A stretch of DNA of 64,000 nucleotides from Octopus sinensis (lineage: Eukaryota): NCBI RefSeq assembly GCF_006345805.1, contig NW_021832430.1:248001-312000 (forward strand), given 5' to 3'. The notes below the pieces were generated by a model. The model was not told the origin of the DNA. It saw only the letters and a program-made list of their open reading frames with translations, and made no database searches. The translations under genes and the position numbers were made by a program. Below are positions 1 to 11,970 of the stretch, in pieces (position 1 is the first letter of the stretch; each line of letters starts with the position of its first letter).

Positions 1-200
1 ATTTTCATCATAAAAGTGATATTAAAGGTGTCTAAAATACAGAAGTTATAGCCATAACAAATTATCTAAATAAAATTAACGAAAATTCCTTTTTATGACG
101 TTTGGTTGAACTCATAGCCAGACACTTTAGCAATTTGAGGATACTGCATTACTCTCACAATTCGATGGACAGCCTTGTTCACTGAAAAATATGTGTAAAA
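1..200 (+). repeat. Third partial copy of the decayed RTE-like LINE segment found in both duplicated units
   Basis: Near-identical to 47791-47990 and 25403-25602; similarity stops abruptly after ATGTGTAAAA at 200. Confidence 0.9.
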
Positions 201-944
201 TTGATTTCGTCTATAAAGGCTGCCACAGTCAAAAACAAGAGACGTTTGGAGATGTTTTCACGAATCGGAAATCCACCCGAAGTTGTGGTTACAAGATGGG
301 GAAGCTGGCTAAAAGCAGCAAAATATTACTCCCAGAATCTTCCAGAAATTATTAAAATCGTATCTGATTTTGAAGGAGATGGAGTTTTAATACAAAATGT
401 TTTAGTTTTTAATTATTTTAGGCAAAAAAATCAGTGAATAATCCTACGTTGTTTCCAAGCTTAACCCAAATCAGTTCAAATTATTTGGGATTAATTGAAA
501 TGATTTCAAATACTGAATTGCTTGATTACTCCATTGCAACAGCTTATGGTGATCTAAACACCCTAGACTTTACATCAGATCCATGCGACATAAAATCCTA
601 TATATCAAAAAAGCTTGAGAAATCAGGAATACTAAGTATTCTTGAATTCTCAAATAAGAATCTATCGCCAGAAGTTTATTCACATCTCAGAAAATGTAGC
701 GCAAGTTCAGCATCTATCGAAAGGGCAATATCTCTTTTGACGAAAATTCTTAGTAAAGAGAGGAACTTTAAACCTGAAAATGTTCAGGAATATTTGATTT
801 CCTATTACAATAAATAATTTCGTTAATTTTTTGCATAATGTAATGTTTACAATTAAAAAAAATTATTTTTGCAATTTTTTACAATTTTTAAAATTCATTT
901 TTGCAATTTTTTTTATTAAAAAGTGCAATTTTTTGGTTGCCCTA
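201..944 (+). mobile_element. 3' part of hAT-type (CGGBP1-like) DNA transposon; transposase C-terminus 201-817 with 23-nt intron 399-421
   Basis: TRWGSWL and SASIERAIS...NF motifs. Removing GTTTTAGTTTTTAATTATTTTAG joins ORFs 201 and 434 in frame (LIQN|AKKSVNNP). Terminal GTTGCCCTA at 936-944 is the reverse complement of the TAGGGCAAC TIR at 30566. Confidence 0.75.
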
Positions 945-1194
945 CTTATCACAGATGTTTCACAGAGATCTGTCTTCATTTCAGCTTGTATTTAATTGTG
1001 TGATGTGCGACATCCTCCAAGTGGATCATTTTAACGTGGAGATGATCATTTATGCGGATAATATTTTAATTTTTGATTTTTCTATAAGCAAATCAATATC
1101 ATGGAAAAGAACTCATTGTCATATTGAAAAAATTAACAAATGATGTCAGGATGAAGACTTATTTTTTGAAAAAAGGACTATTTGTTGGATTGTC

Positions 1195-1660
1195 CTATTG
1201 GTAAAATTTCTCCACTTCAACATGATTAAAGCGATCTTGTGAGGTAATGTCCAATTCGATTAAATTTATATTTTTTCTTTTTGTCTTACAAAAAATGTCA
1301 GGTTTATTGAATTGGACTTTCGTTTCAGTCATGATTGACGTGTCAAATCTCATTTCGACATTCTGGGTCGACATTATTGACACAACCAAATGTCTTTTCA
1401 ATTTTCTGTTTCATTAAATTCCATATATTCGACATAAGTGAAGATGAATACACTTAATCACTTCATTATTTCTTTGGAGATAATCACTGTTTAGCATCCA
1501 ACCACACTGCGTGACTAGATGATCAAAAGTCTGCTTGGTTTTTTTGCAATGGACGCATAGTGATCAGATGTATGTAAAGAAAAAAATCTTATCTTTCAAA
1601 AGACAGTACACGACATTTAATTCCAACATCTTTTTGGGAAAACGATTTTTAATTAAATGC
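1195..1660 (-). mobile_element. Decayed REL-endonuclease non-LTR retrotransposon fragment (R4/Dong-like family)
   Basis: EMRFDT..FNKPDIF..IELDITSQD..VEVEK motif, the same family as 45157-45806. Confidence 0.75.
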
Positions 1661-1849
1661 ACTAAACTCTTTTTTATAACTGAATGTTAAACAAAGTAGC
1701 TCACCCTGTCATGTATGTGTGTTACCGTCCTGGTCGCCAGTGTGAGGCGCGAAATATTCTATCGACACGTTAAATGATTGTCAAGATCATATTTCTAAAA
1801 ATAATTTCACAACTGGCATTTTTGGGGAATATATCAAACAAATAAAAAG

Positions 1850-2178
1850 AATCACAGTGATCTCGGAGTTTCTGAGAATTATTTTTTAGTTAATTGGCTA
1901 AAAATAAAATTTCGATGAATTTTTTTGATTATTTAGATCTTAAATCTCTGCGATCTTTGTTTAGTTTAAAATCAGTTCATCCTGCAAGGCTGAATGTTGT
2001 TCATGAAATTCGGGTGTTTCTTTTGTCAAAGGATTCAGAAATCGATAGATTAGTGGTTGATAAACAACAACATCCTTCTCATTAATTAAATAATTTTTTT
2101 CCTTAATTTTTTAAAAATCGATAAGGGGTACGCGAAAATTTAATAAGATGGCAGGGCAAGAAAGTTTGAGAACCACTG
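1850..2178 (+). mobile_element. Right end of hAT Buster/Charlie element
   Basis: C-terminal RLNV..EIRV..IDRLVVDKQQHPSH* typical of ZBED5/Buster transposases; TIR TTTGAGAACCACTG ending at 2178, like the one at 23749. Left boundary is approximate. Confidence 0.75.
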
Positions 2179-2744
2179 ATTTAGGAAAACTGGGAGTGTC
2201 AGTCAGCTTACCAGAAAAGTCAGTTCCCTTAATGCAATACAGCAATCTCAAATAATTCTCAAATAAATTTATCTTAGGAAAAACAATTAGTAAGTCAATC
2301 ATTTTTTGTAAGAAACGATCGGGAATCATGTTTAAGAACATTTGAACGCATTTCGTTTTCGAGGGACTTTCTAATATTGGACTCATGTTTCTGAGCATAA
2401 TAATAAATAAAGGACCTTCTTGATACGTTTGACCATTTTCGTCTGAATAATCTTCCCACTTTGCTTCCCTTTTCCTACAACAATTATCGATATGAGAGAA
2501 CCTCGATCTTTCTTGGCAGAATTTTTCTTTTCTTTCTTATTAACCAATTTTTTCATGACAATGTCGAGTTTCTTTATAGGCTTTTGAGGCATGCACAAAT
2601 AAATACAACAAGACGTTTTTATAAATATATTTCATTTTCAATTAAATTTACATATTATTAGTATAATTTATTTTATAATAAGAAAACGATCAGAATTGAT
2701 ACAATCCAATTGAAATAGAAGGCAGTATAATAAGACAACGAAAA

Positions 2745-3032
2745 TCGTTAAGTCCTAGCGGCCAGGACGCAGTGTGCGTTGCCCCGAACAATGGCCAGGC
2801 CGATGCGCTGGCGGAACCAGAGGCCCTCTCTCGTGTCCTTGAGCCTCTTCCCGATGGACTGCCCGACCTCGTTGAGGACGAGTCAGTCTCCTTTCCCGCA
2901 GCTCCAGAGGTCTCCAGGGCGATTGCCGTAACGCGGTAGCGGTCCGCGAGCGAAGAATATTTTTGTATTTTGATCTTTTCGGCGTGGTTTGCAGCCGAAC
3001 AAGGCTTGCGGCGGAATAATGGATCCTCGATT
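2745..3032 (-). mobile_element. 5'-truncated CRE-clade non-LTR retrotransposon 3' end
   Basis: SAANHAEKIKIQKY..IALET motif; nucleotide match to 24470-24760 and 63530-63810. Confidence 0.8.
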
Positions 3033-3246
3033 TTGAACAATTCATTAAAACATTGAAGAAATTCTTCCGAATTCAAATAGTTCTGATCAATATAAAAACA
3101 TCTGACAAGATCAGGGGTGAAAAATAAGTACAGTAAAATTCTAGAGACAATTTAAATTTTAAATAATCCTTTCTAATTGAAAGTTACAATCTTTAAAATC
3201 TATACATTCTTTAGAATTTCATTTATATAAATAATAAATAACTAAA

Positions 3247-3444
3247 TTTGAAAAGTCTCGCAGGCTCGCTTTGAAGCTTGCTTACCACCAAAAAGTTGAA
3301 GATCCAATCCCCCTGTGGCTTGAAAGTAAATCCTCCATGGTCGGTGAAACTGTCGAAAAAGCTATAAGTGGTTATAAATCCAACTCAATTGTCACTGGGA
3401 CGTACCTGCAGAGGTAGAAAAGAAAAAAAAAAAAAAAAAAAAAA
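3247..3444 (+). mobile_element. Short 5'-truncated LINE 3' end with poly(A) tail
   Basis: Encodes LEKSRRLALKLAY..VEKAISGY..*, similar to the C-terminus of ORF2 at 9780-9923 (LKKVRRRAIRLAY..LEKIISGW), followed by about 20 A. Confidence 0.6.
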
Positions 3445-4366
3445 TTACTTGAGGGGGTCTCTTTTTTTTTTTTCTGGGAAGAAGTCGATAGGGTAGTCCT
3501 ATTGTTTCATTATACAAACTCCCCCCTAACCTTTAACCCTTCTCTGTTTCCAATAAAACTTCCTATTCCTAAATAATAAATATTATAAAATTATTTTTTC
3601 AAAGAAATCATAAATTTTATCTGTTTTGACTTTCTAAGCAGTTCGCCAATTTTCACGTGCGGATTCGAGAAGTAGCAGATTCGAGAGGTTTTACTGTATG
3701 TTTTTTTATTTAACCCAAGAACTAATAATGCTGTATGTGACAAATAATGTGACAGAAGATACCTTTATCGGATAGAAAACGTTCCAAAAATTAAAATAAA
3801 TATGTGAGAGTACAAAGAAGTATTAAATTGATATTTAAAAAGTGGGTCGGGGTCTATAAGCAGTGAAGCTGAACTAATGTTTCTATAGTTTCTTGAAGAC
3901 CTTGAACTTCAAGTCAATTACTGCTTAAAAAATCAGAAATCTCGAGGTTTTTACAAAAGGAAAAACACATATGGCTACAATTGTGGATTTAGTTTTTCGA
4001 AAGTACAACATTGACAATACGAAGGGATTGAATCTGAAAAGCACTCATGTTTTACCATTAAAACTCTGGAATACTTCTACGAGTATGAGCAGTTAAAAAG
4101 AGAAGGATAAGTTAACCTACATCGAGAACGTTTTCTTAAAAAGCGAACATCCTGCCCGCATCGTAAAAGATGTATCAAATTAAACAGCAGATATCCAATT
4201 ATTTTTGAGACTATCTTTTTATTCTAAAAAAATTCTTAACTCCTATATTTGTCACTAGCTCGGCAGCTCGCTTCGCTCACCGCGACCTAGCTCCTGCGGA
4301 GGGCCTGTTTCATCAAACAACTATAAGTTTATGTAGATGTATAAAACTACCTGGTTTAATGTAACC

Positions 4367-4755
4367 CTATTCTATCGCCTGTTGATAAACGATGTTTGTC
4401 GTCCGTCCTTCCTTGGCATATATGAATAAATTTTCTCTTCTGCCTACCCTCGAGCATCCCACATACAGCTGTCCATGTGAAAAGCACTCACTCTCTAAAA
4501 ATAACCCAACTACCTTTAATGACTGTCTCTGGGCCTTGTTTATTGTCATTGCAAAACTCATCCTCAAAGGAAATTGCAGCCTTTTAAATCTAAATGGTAA
4601 TTCATCAGAAATTATCGGAATTCGTGGAATATAAACATCCTCACCTCTATACTTACCTGTTAATATCGTCGCCTCTATTACGTTAGCCATCAAATTTTTG
4701 ATAACTAACCTCGTTCCGTTGCATAATTTAGGTGGCGCAAGATTTCGTAATAAAA
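4367..4755 (-). pseudogene. Helitron PIF1-type helicase C-terminal fragment
   Basis: LLRNL.PPKLCNGTRL, IPRI, RLQFPLRMSFAMTINKAQ.QSL, FSHGQLYVGCSRV, TTNIVY motifs. Confidence 0.92.
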
Positions 4756-5145
4756 CCACTGGCGGAAATGGGGCAGGCAGAGTAGCAGCAGCCAAAAAAG
4801 CGACACACAAAAAAGATTTAATTAATTACCTTAAGGTGCCCGTTTTTTCTTCAGCTTCGTTTTTCTTCCTTCGGTTATCTATTTAAAAAATTATTTTTGA
4901 ATAATAAAAAATATAGGAAAAAAGAGGCATACAGAAAATAAATTCTATCTTTACGAAAAACTTATTTTCTTAAGGTCGTCTTCCCTCCTTCGGTTATCTA
5001 TTGAAAAAATTATTTTTGAATAATAAAAAAGTTTAGGAAAGAGACATACCGAAAATAAATTCTATCTTTACGAAAAACTTAACTAAATAGTGAATATTTT
5101 TACAAAAATTCTTCAGATTGCGCTGTCAATTGGTGGTAAATTGTG

Positions 5146-5486
5146 TTAATGATTGTGCTAATGTGGTTTCAACTATCAAAGTGTTTTTCAAAATCTGTTA
5201 ATTGCACACTCTATTCAAGGTCGTGCGTCAATTGGTGGTAAATTGTGTTAATGATTGTGCTAATGTGGTTTCAACTATCAAAGTGGTTTTTCAAAATCTG
5301 TTAATTGCACACTCTATTCAAAGTCGTGCAATCTGTGATTGCACATTCTGTCAAAGTCAAATATGATAATAGCTTTAATTTTGATTCATGGTCGATAATG
5401 ATATATGCATTTAATTTTAAAGAGAAAAACATAGGATGAATTGAATTTCTTTATCGCGAATAATTGGGAGTTCATCATTGTTAATA
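5146..5486 (+). repeat. 341-bp direct repeat, left flank of LINE
   Basis: Identical by eye to 10048-10388; itself contains a ~102-bp internal tandem repeat. Confidence 0.93.
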
Positions 5487-5501
5487 AAAATTTTGTGGAT
5501 A

Positions 5502-7315
5502 ATGGCACCTAAAGTTAGCACAAAGGGACAAAAAAGAGCTCCTATAAAAAGCAAAAATGTTTCTGTTGCTACAAAGAGACAACTGTCTGCACTAAGAAGG
5601 CTATGTCGAAGTGGAGGCGTTCCCGCTTCGCACTCCCCGGAGGACAAGACGGTTCAGTGTGCCACTACGATGAACTGCCGGAGCCGTGGTTCACCGCCAC
5701 GTGCTTCCGGCTATTCTAGTGGTGTTTTTAATTCTTTAGGTCAAAGCAGGAGGTCGAAGCCTGGACCCTCCCAGATGGGTTCAGCACTCACTGGAGACTC
5801 TTCTCCCTCTGCTCCCCCTTTGGCTGGTGTCGGGGAGCAGCAGCTGCAACAGGTACTAATTGTTTGGTAGCCACGACAACCGCACAGCATGCTGGTTCGC
5901 CACGTGTTTGCGGTTTGTCTAGTGGTGCCAAACCCAGCCAACTTAAGTCATTTAATGCTAACAGGGTGTCGTCTCCTGGGCCCGCTCCGGTGGGTCCGGC
6001 AGGGAATAAGGTTCCCCCCGAGGACGGTTGGCACACGGTGGGGAAGCCGAAACGTGTTGCTGGCCGTCCAACCCCTAATGTTTTAGGTACTGGGTGTGCG
6101 TCCGCTCAGGTGGATGCACACCCAAAGAAGACCACTGGCGCCGGGGGTAGAATTACCTTTGGTGCTGTGGCACGACTTGAGGTCCTCCCTACAAGTGGGA
6201 AGGCCTCGGTCGTAAAGATCCTAGGTACCTTGGACTCTATCCAGCCTTCAAAGCTGTATAGAGTCCTGAAGAGGGAGCCCACCCAATTCCTGCTTGGTTG
6301 GGAGAAGGAGGATGACTTCTCCAACTTCAAAGGGGAGTTGGAGAAGTCAAATCCGTTCGGTCCTGGCATGCATCGCCTAGTCAGGATCGAACGTAAGGTA
6401 AGAAAGGTAAGTGTCCTCCTCCTCGGGGTTCCTCGGGACTTCGAGGATAATGACCTCCTAGATCACCTGCAGCAGGAGTACCCCAGTGCCTCTGCCATTG
6501 CACGCTTCAAGCAGGGTAATCGCCCTCTTGAAGTGGCGGAGCTAACACTGGGATCTCCTGCAGAAGCCGAGCGCCTGGTACTTCTTGGTACCAGGATCGG
6601 CTACATTAGGATCCGAGCTGCCTGGCCCCGCCCGAAAGCAACCCAATGCTTTCGGTGTCAGGGGTTCGGGCACATCTCTACGAAGTGCCCGGATAAGGCT
6701 AAGTGCCTTATCTGCGGTGGAGAGCATGGTCGCAAGACGTGCCCCTCACCATCCAAGGAGAGGCAGTGTGTCAACTGCGGTAAGTTAGGACACACTGCCA
6801 ACTTCAGAGGTTGCCCCAAGTTTAAGGAGGCAACCCGAAAGGTAGGTGGGGATGTAATCCCAAAGGTAAGGCGCCCGCCTCGCGTCGCGCCCCCTGCCCC
6901 AAAACCTGACAAGCAGGCGATACTGGCCAAACCTTCCAAACCCGCTAGGGTGGCGAGGCTAGTGGAACCTGTGAGCCATGCTGCGTGTGGGTCGGTGCAG
7001 CCTTCGCCGACAAAGTTGGCAAAGCAGGCGAAAGCTTCCGAGTCCGCTTGGTTGCCTAAGCCGGCAATGCCTTCCGAGGCGGCTAACGGCGGCACCGTCC
7101 GGCACAACGTGGGGCTGAAAAGGCGTCCTCCATACGTGGAGATGCCATTGCACTCAGCCCCTGGCGAGCGTGTACCGCAGGACAGTATTAGTCCTGCGGT
7201 GCAATTATGCGTTTCCCTATTAAAATTTTGTAGGGAGATGAATTGCAGTGTAGATGAAATGCTACACTGCAACGTTGCCGAGGCCAAGAAGATCCTTGGC
7301 GAAGAACCGATATGA
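5502..7315 (+). CDS. LINE ORF1 (gag-like nucleic-acid-binding protein), one frameshift near 5830
   Basis: Three CCHC knuckles (CFRCQGFGHISTKC, CLICGGEH..C, CVNCGKLGH..C). The N-terminal 5502-5830 part lies in a different frame and is joined by inference. Confidence 0.8.
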
Positions 7316-9923
7316 TGCTCAACATCATATCGGTGAACGCGCGTTCCCTGGAAGGGAAAAGGGACGCCGTTCAGAGGATGTTGGCCACCACGAGTGCGGA
7401 CATTCTGGTGGTCAACGAAACGAAGATAAGGGGGGGTCCGTACGTAGTTGATGGCTACAACTGTCGTCACATACCCTGGAAAGACGGGTCATTATGTGGC
7501 ACGGGAACTAGCCTCTTCTACAAGCCGTACCTTCCCCTACAAAGTTCAGGTTTATGTTTATGTAGCCTATGTGAATTCCTCCAAGTGAGAATTCGCATAG
7601 GTGAGCTTACATTTTACCTAGGAGGGATGTACTCGAAGAACTTTACGGCGTGCTCCTGGCACGTACGGGAGTTCTTTGAAAAGCATCCGAAGGCCATGGT
7701 TGTTGGGGACCTGAATGCCAAGCATCAAGATCTTGGCTTCAGGGTAACCAACTCGCATGGTTTGGCTCTGAAGACGCTGATTGAAGAACTCGGGCTGGAA
7801 ATCCGGACCTCGAGCGAGCCAAACCACGTCGACACGAGGGGAGGACGTGACTGGCTAGGGCTTGCTCTGGTCAGTCCCGGTCTTCTAAATTGGGTTAGTA
7901 AAACTATTTTATTGCCCGATATTGGGAGCGACCATCTGCCTCTATTGCACGAACTCCGTGAGCCAGTTCCTCAAAGGGTCCCAGGATACTTTGACCTCCG
8001 GGTGGTTTCCTGGGCTAACCTGGAGAGTTTCATGGCCAGCAGGTTGCCCTCACTTCTGGTGGGGAATACCTGCGCCAACATACGTGAGTTGGAGGCGCTT
8101 GATAATGGAATCAATGCTGCCCTGACTGATTACATGCGAGATAATTTCAAACAGAACTCAGTGCAGGGTCAGTCACATTCCACGCTCCCTCACCGGATCT
8201 TAAATAAAATTAGGTTCAAGCGCCGGCTATCCAGACTACGGGACAAATGCATTTACGAGGAGAACCGTGTTTGGTTTCGTGGCTGGATTAGCCGGCTTCA
8301 GAGGGAGATCCGAAGAGAAATCCGCGAACTCGAAAGTTCGCGGTGGGAGAGGGCCTGCCGAAGGGTGGACCCTCGCTTTCCGGACTTCTGGAAGCAGTTG
8401 AAGAGCCTGTCGGGGAGAAGGGGGGCTAAGTCAGTGCGCCTTAAACGCTCTGATGGAACCCTCGCTTCGGACCCGGTTGAGGTGGTTGAAATACTTTCAG
8501 CCCATCTCAATGACATCTCGGGAACTGACGGAAGTCAGTTCGTAGAGACATCGTCCTTTGATACTGTCCAGCAGATATTGTCGTGGGACAAGCGCTGCCA
8601 GCTGGATATATCAATGGACGATGCAGGCGAAATTACTGAAGCGGAGATTCTGGCAGCAATCTCCCGAAGTAAGAACACCGCGGCGGGCTTGGATCGGATC
8701 CCGATGGCCATCTTTAAGAAGGCCCCGCCGCGGTTAATCACTGCGCTAAAGGTTTTATTTAACGGGAGCTTGCGACTTGGGATGATTCCTTCCAGGTGGA
8801 AAGTAGCTGAGGTGATCCTTATCGGAAAACCCGGGAAGCCACATGATGTCCCCGGGGGATATAGGCCCATTTCCTTGCTCCCCGCGATATCTAAAATCCT
8901 AGAAAGAATTATGCACCAAAGGCTCCTGGAGGAGCTGATGGTGGCAGACGCCCTCCCTGAGTTCCAATGGGCTTCAGGGAGGGCCGATCATGCGGGGACT
9001 GCCTTCACAAGGTGTCGTCTAGTATGAAGAGCGCCCTCCAGAAAAGGGAATGCGGTATTTTAGTTAGTCTCGACATTGAAAAGGCCTTCGACTCGGTGTG
9101 GCACGACGGCCTCCGGAGTTCCCTTGCCACGTGCGGGGTTTCTCCGTGTCTAAGGCGCTGGCTGTCGGGGTTTCTTTAATCTCGCAGACAGGTCGTGCGG
9201 CATCAGGGGGTCTTTTCTAAAGTCGCAACAGTCCTTCGCGGGGTCCCTCAGGGCTCTGTGCTCAGTCCGACACTATTCAATGTGTTTATGGCCACTGCGC
9301 CTATGCCAGTCAATGCTCGTACTGAAATGGTAATCTATGCAGACGACATTATCCTCTGGGATCACTCAATGAAACCGGAGTGTGCGTGTCGTAGGCTTCA
9401 GGTTGCTGTGGATGGACTTGCAAACTGGTGTGGGAGTAGGGGTCTGAGAATGTGCGCGGACAAGTGCAGTGTCCTTAAAGTCTGTAAAAGGACGAGGGGT
9501 TACACTAATTTTGTTCCTAGGTTATTGCTGAGCGGGTCAGCAATCGCTGCAGTTGATCGGATGACTTATTTGGGCGTGCTCTTTAAGCCGTCCGGTAAGT
9601 TTGATGATCACATTGCACGTACGAAAAGGCGTGCAATGCAGCGATTAGGTGCGTTGCGTGCTTTCCGCTTGAGCAGAGGTGCCTGGTTCCGCGTGTTTAA
9701 CGCCATGGTGTTACCCGTCTTGACCTATGGCGTCCACGCTTGGTACCTCTATGAGGACAGGGATAAGCATGTTGACGTGCTTAAAAAAGTAAGAAGACGA
9801 GCCATAAGGCTAGCCTATGGCTTAGGATTCCGGACTGAGCTCTCCGACGCCCAGGAATCATCCCTCAAAGGCCTCTCTGAGGTCCTAGAGAAGATTATTT
9901 CTGGATGGCAGGTAAGGCGGTAA
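7312..9923 (+). pseudogene. LINE ORF2: apurinic endonuclease + reverse transcriptase, disrupted
   Basis: NETK, GDLNAKH, SDHLP (APE); YRPISLL, LDIEKAFD, GVPQGSVLSP, YADD (RT). Frameshift near 8969 (G run) and TAA at 9177-9179. ATG overlaps the ORF1 stop (ATGA). Confidence 0.93.
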
Positions 9924-10047
9924 GTCTTAACTTGTGGTTGTGTGTAGGGAGGCGTGTGTGTGATGGAGACTGAAAAGGCAGCGATGCCGAAGGTCTACTT
10001 AGTTAGTTTTTTAACTGCCTCCCTTAACAAATAAATTTTTCCTCCCC

Positions 10048-10388
10048 TTAATGATTGTGCTAATGTGGTTTCAACTATCAAAGTGTTTTTCAAAATCTGT
10101 TAATTGCACACTCTATTCAAGGTCGTGCGTCAATTGGTGGTAAATTGTGTTAATGATTGTGCTAATGTGGTTTCAACTATCAAAGTGGTTTTTCAAAATC
10201 TGTTAATTGCACACTCTATTCAAAGTCGTGCAATCTGTGATTGCACATTCTGTCAAAGTCAAATATGATAATAGCTTTAATTTTGATTCATGGTCGATAA
10301 TGATATATGCATTTAATTTTAAAGAGAAAAACATAGGATGAATTGAATTTCTTTATCGCGAATAATTGGGAGTTCATCATTGTTAATA
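10048..10388 (+). repeat. 341-bp direct repeat, right flank of LINE
   Basis: Identical by eye to 5146-5486. Confidence 0.93.
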
Positions 10389-10441
10389 TTCTCGCTGTCG
10401 TTTTCATCAAGGATATTCTTAATACGTGAGATTTTTGCCTT

Positions 10442-11896
10442 GAAGGTTTTAATGGACCTCATCATGAATGTCGAGGACATTCGCGTTGTTCATTTTAATC
10501 AAAATGCAGAAAATTTTTTTTTAATTTTTTTGGGGGGGAAGGTTTTAAGGACTTCATCATGTAAGTCGAGGACATTGTAGTTGTTCATTTTAACCAAAAT
10601 GCAGAAAATTTTTTTTTGATTTTTTTTGGGGGGAAGGTTTTAAGGACTTCATCATGTAAGTCGAGGACATTGTAGTTGTTCATTTTAACCAAAATGCAGA
10701 AAATTTTTTTTTAATTTTTTTGGGGGGAAGGTTTTAAGGACTTCATCATGTAAGTCGAGGACATTGTAGTTGTTCATTTTAACCAAAATGCAGAAAATTT
10801 TTTTTTAATTTGTTTGGGGGGGAAGGTTTTAAGGACTTCATCATGTAAGTCGAGGACATTGTAGTTGTTCATTTTAACCAAAATGCAGAAAATTTTTTTT
10901 TAATTTTTTTTGGGGGGGAAGGTTTTAAGGACTTCATCATGTAAGTCGAGGACATTGTAGTTGTTCATTTTAACCAAAATGCAGAAAATTTTTTTTTAAT
11001 TTTTTTGGGGGGAAGGTTTTAAGGACTTCATCATGTAAGTCGAGGACATTGTAGTTGTTCATTTTAACCAAAATGCAGAAATTTTTTTTTCAATTTTTTT
11101 GGGGGAAGGTTTTAAGGACTTCATCATGTAAGTCGAGGACATTGTAGTTGTTCATTTTAACCAAAATGCAGAAAATTTTTTTTTAATTTTTTTGGGGGGG
11201 AAGGTTTTAAGGACCTCATCATGTAAGTCGAGGACATCGTAGTTGTTCATTTTAACCAAAATGCAGAAAATTTTTTTTTAATTTTTTCGGAGGGAAGGTT
11301 TTAAGGACCTCATCATGTAAGTCGAGGACATCGTAGTTGTTCATTTTAACCAAAATGCAGAAATTTTTTTTTCAATTTTTTTGGGGGGAAGGTTTTAAGG
11401 ACCTCATCATGTAAGTCGAGGACATCGTAGTTGTTCATTTTAACCAAAATGCAGAAATTTTTTTTTAATTTTTTCGGAGGGAAGGTTTTAAGGACCTCAT
11501 CATGTAAGTCGAGGACATCGTAGTTGTTCATTTTAACCAAAATGCAGAATTTTTTTTTCAATTTTTTTGGGGGGAAGGTTTTAAGGACCTCATCATGTAA
11601 GTCGAGGACATCGTAGTTGTTCATTTTAACCAAAATGCAGAAAATTTTTTTTTAATTTTTTTGGGGGGAAGGTTTTAAGGACCTCATCATGTAAGTCGAG
11701 GATATCGTAGTTGTTCATTTTAACCAAAATGCAGAAAATTTTTTTTTAATTTTTTTGGGGGGAAGGTTTTAAGGACCTCATCATGTAAGTCGAGGACATC
11801 GTAGTTGTTCATTTTGACCAAAATGCAGAAAATTTTTTTTAATTTTTTTGGGGGGAAGGTTTTAAGGACCTCATCATGTAAGTCGAGGACATCGTA
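10442..11896. repeat. Tandem array of ~16 units of ~94 bp
   Basis: Unit GAAGGTTTTAAGGACYTCATCATGTAAGTCGAGGACATYGTAGTTGTTCATTTTAACCAAAATGCAGAAAA(T)nAA(T)n(G)n recurs about every 93-96 bp. Confidence 0.97.
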
Positions 11897-11919
11897 TTGC
11901 CAATTTGAAGTTGGTGTGC

Positions 11920-11970
11920 ACACACAGACAGACAGACAGAACGACAGACAGACAGACAGACAGACACACA
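11920..11970. repeat. (ACAG)n microsatellite near the Helitron 5' end
   Basis: cacacagacagacagacagaacgacagacagacagacagacagacacaca seen directly. Confidence 0.95.

Larger units (their letters stand above)
5487..10047 (+). mobile_element. Apparently full-length Jockey/I-group LINE
   Basis: GC-rich island with gag-like ORF1 and APE-RT ORF2, bounded by the 341-bp repeats. Confidence 0.92.

Noticed and set aside
3520-3542. Telomere-like CCCTAA/TTAACCCT
   Set aside because: Only one or two imperfect units, not an array.
5852-5870. 18-nt GT-AG as an intron joining the two ORF1 parts
   Set aside because: Removal keeps the wrong frame and it is below the 23-nt minimum seen; a 1-nt indel near 5830 explains the join better.
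6658-7470. 270-aa antisense ORF in the LINE
   Set aside because: Expected shadow ORF of GC-rich coding sequence; no motifs.
10442-11896. Possible CRISPR array or repeat-protein ORFs (MNNYDVLDLHDEVLKTFPP..)
   Set aside because: No unique spacers and no cas genes in a eukaryotic context; unit length varies in homopolymers and breaks the frame.
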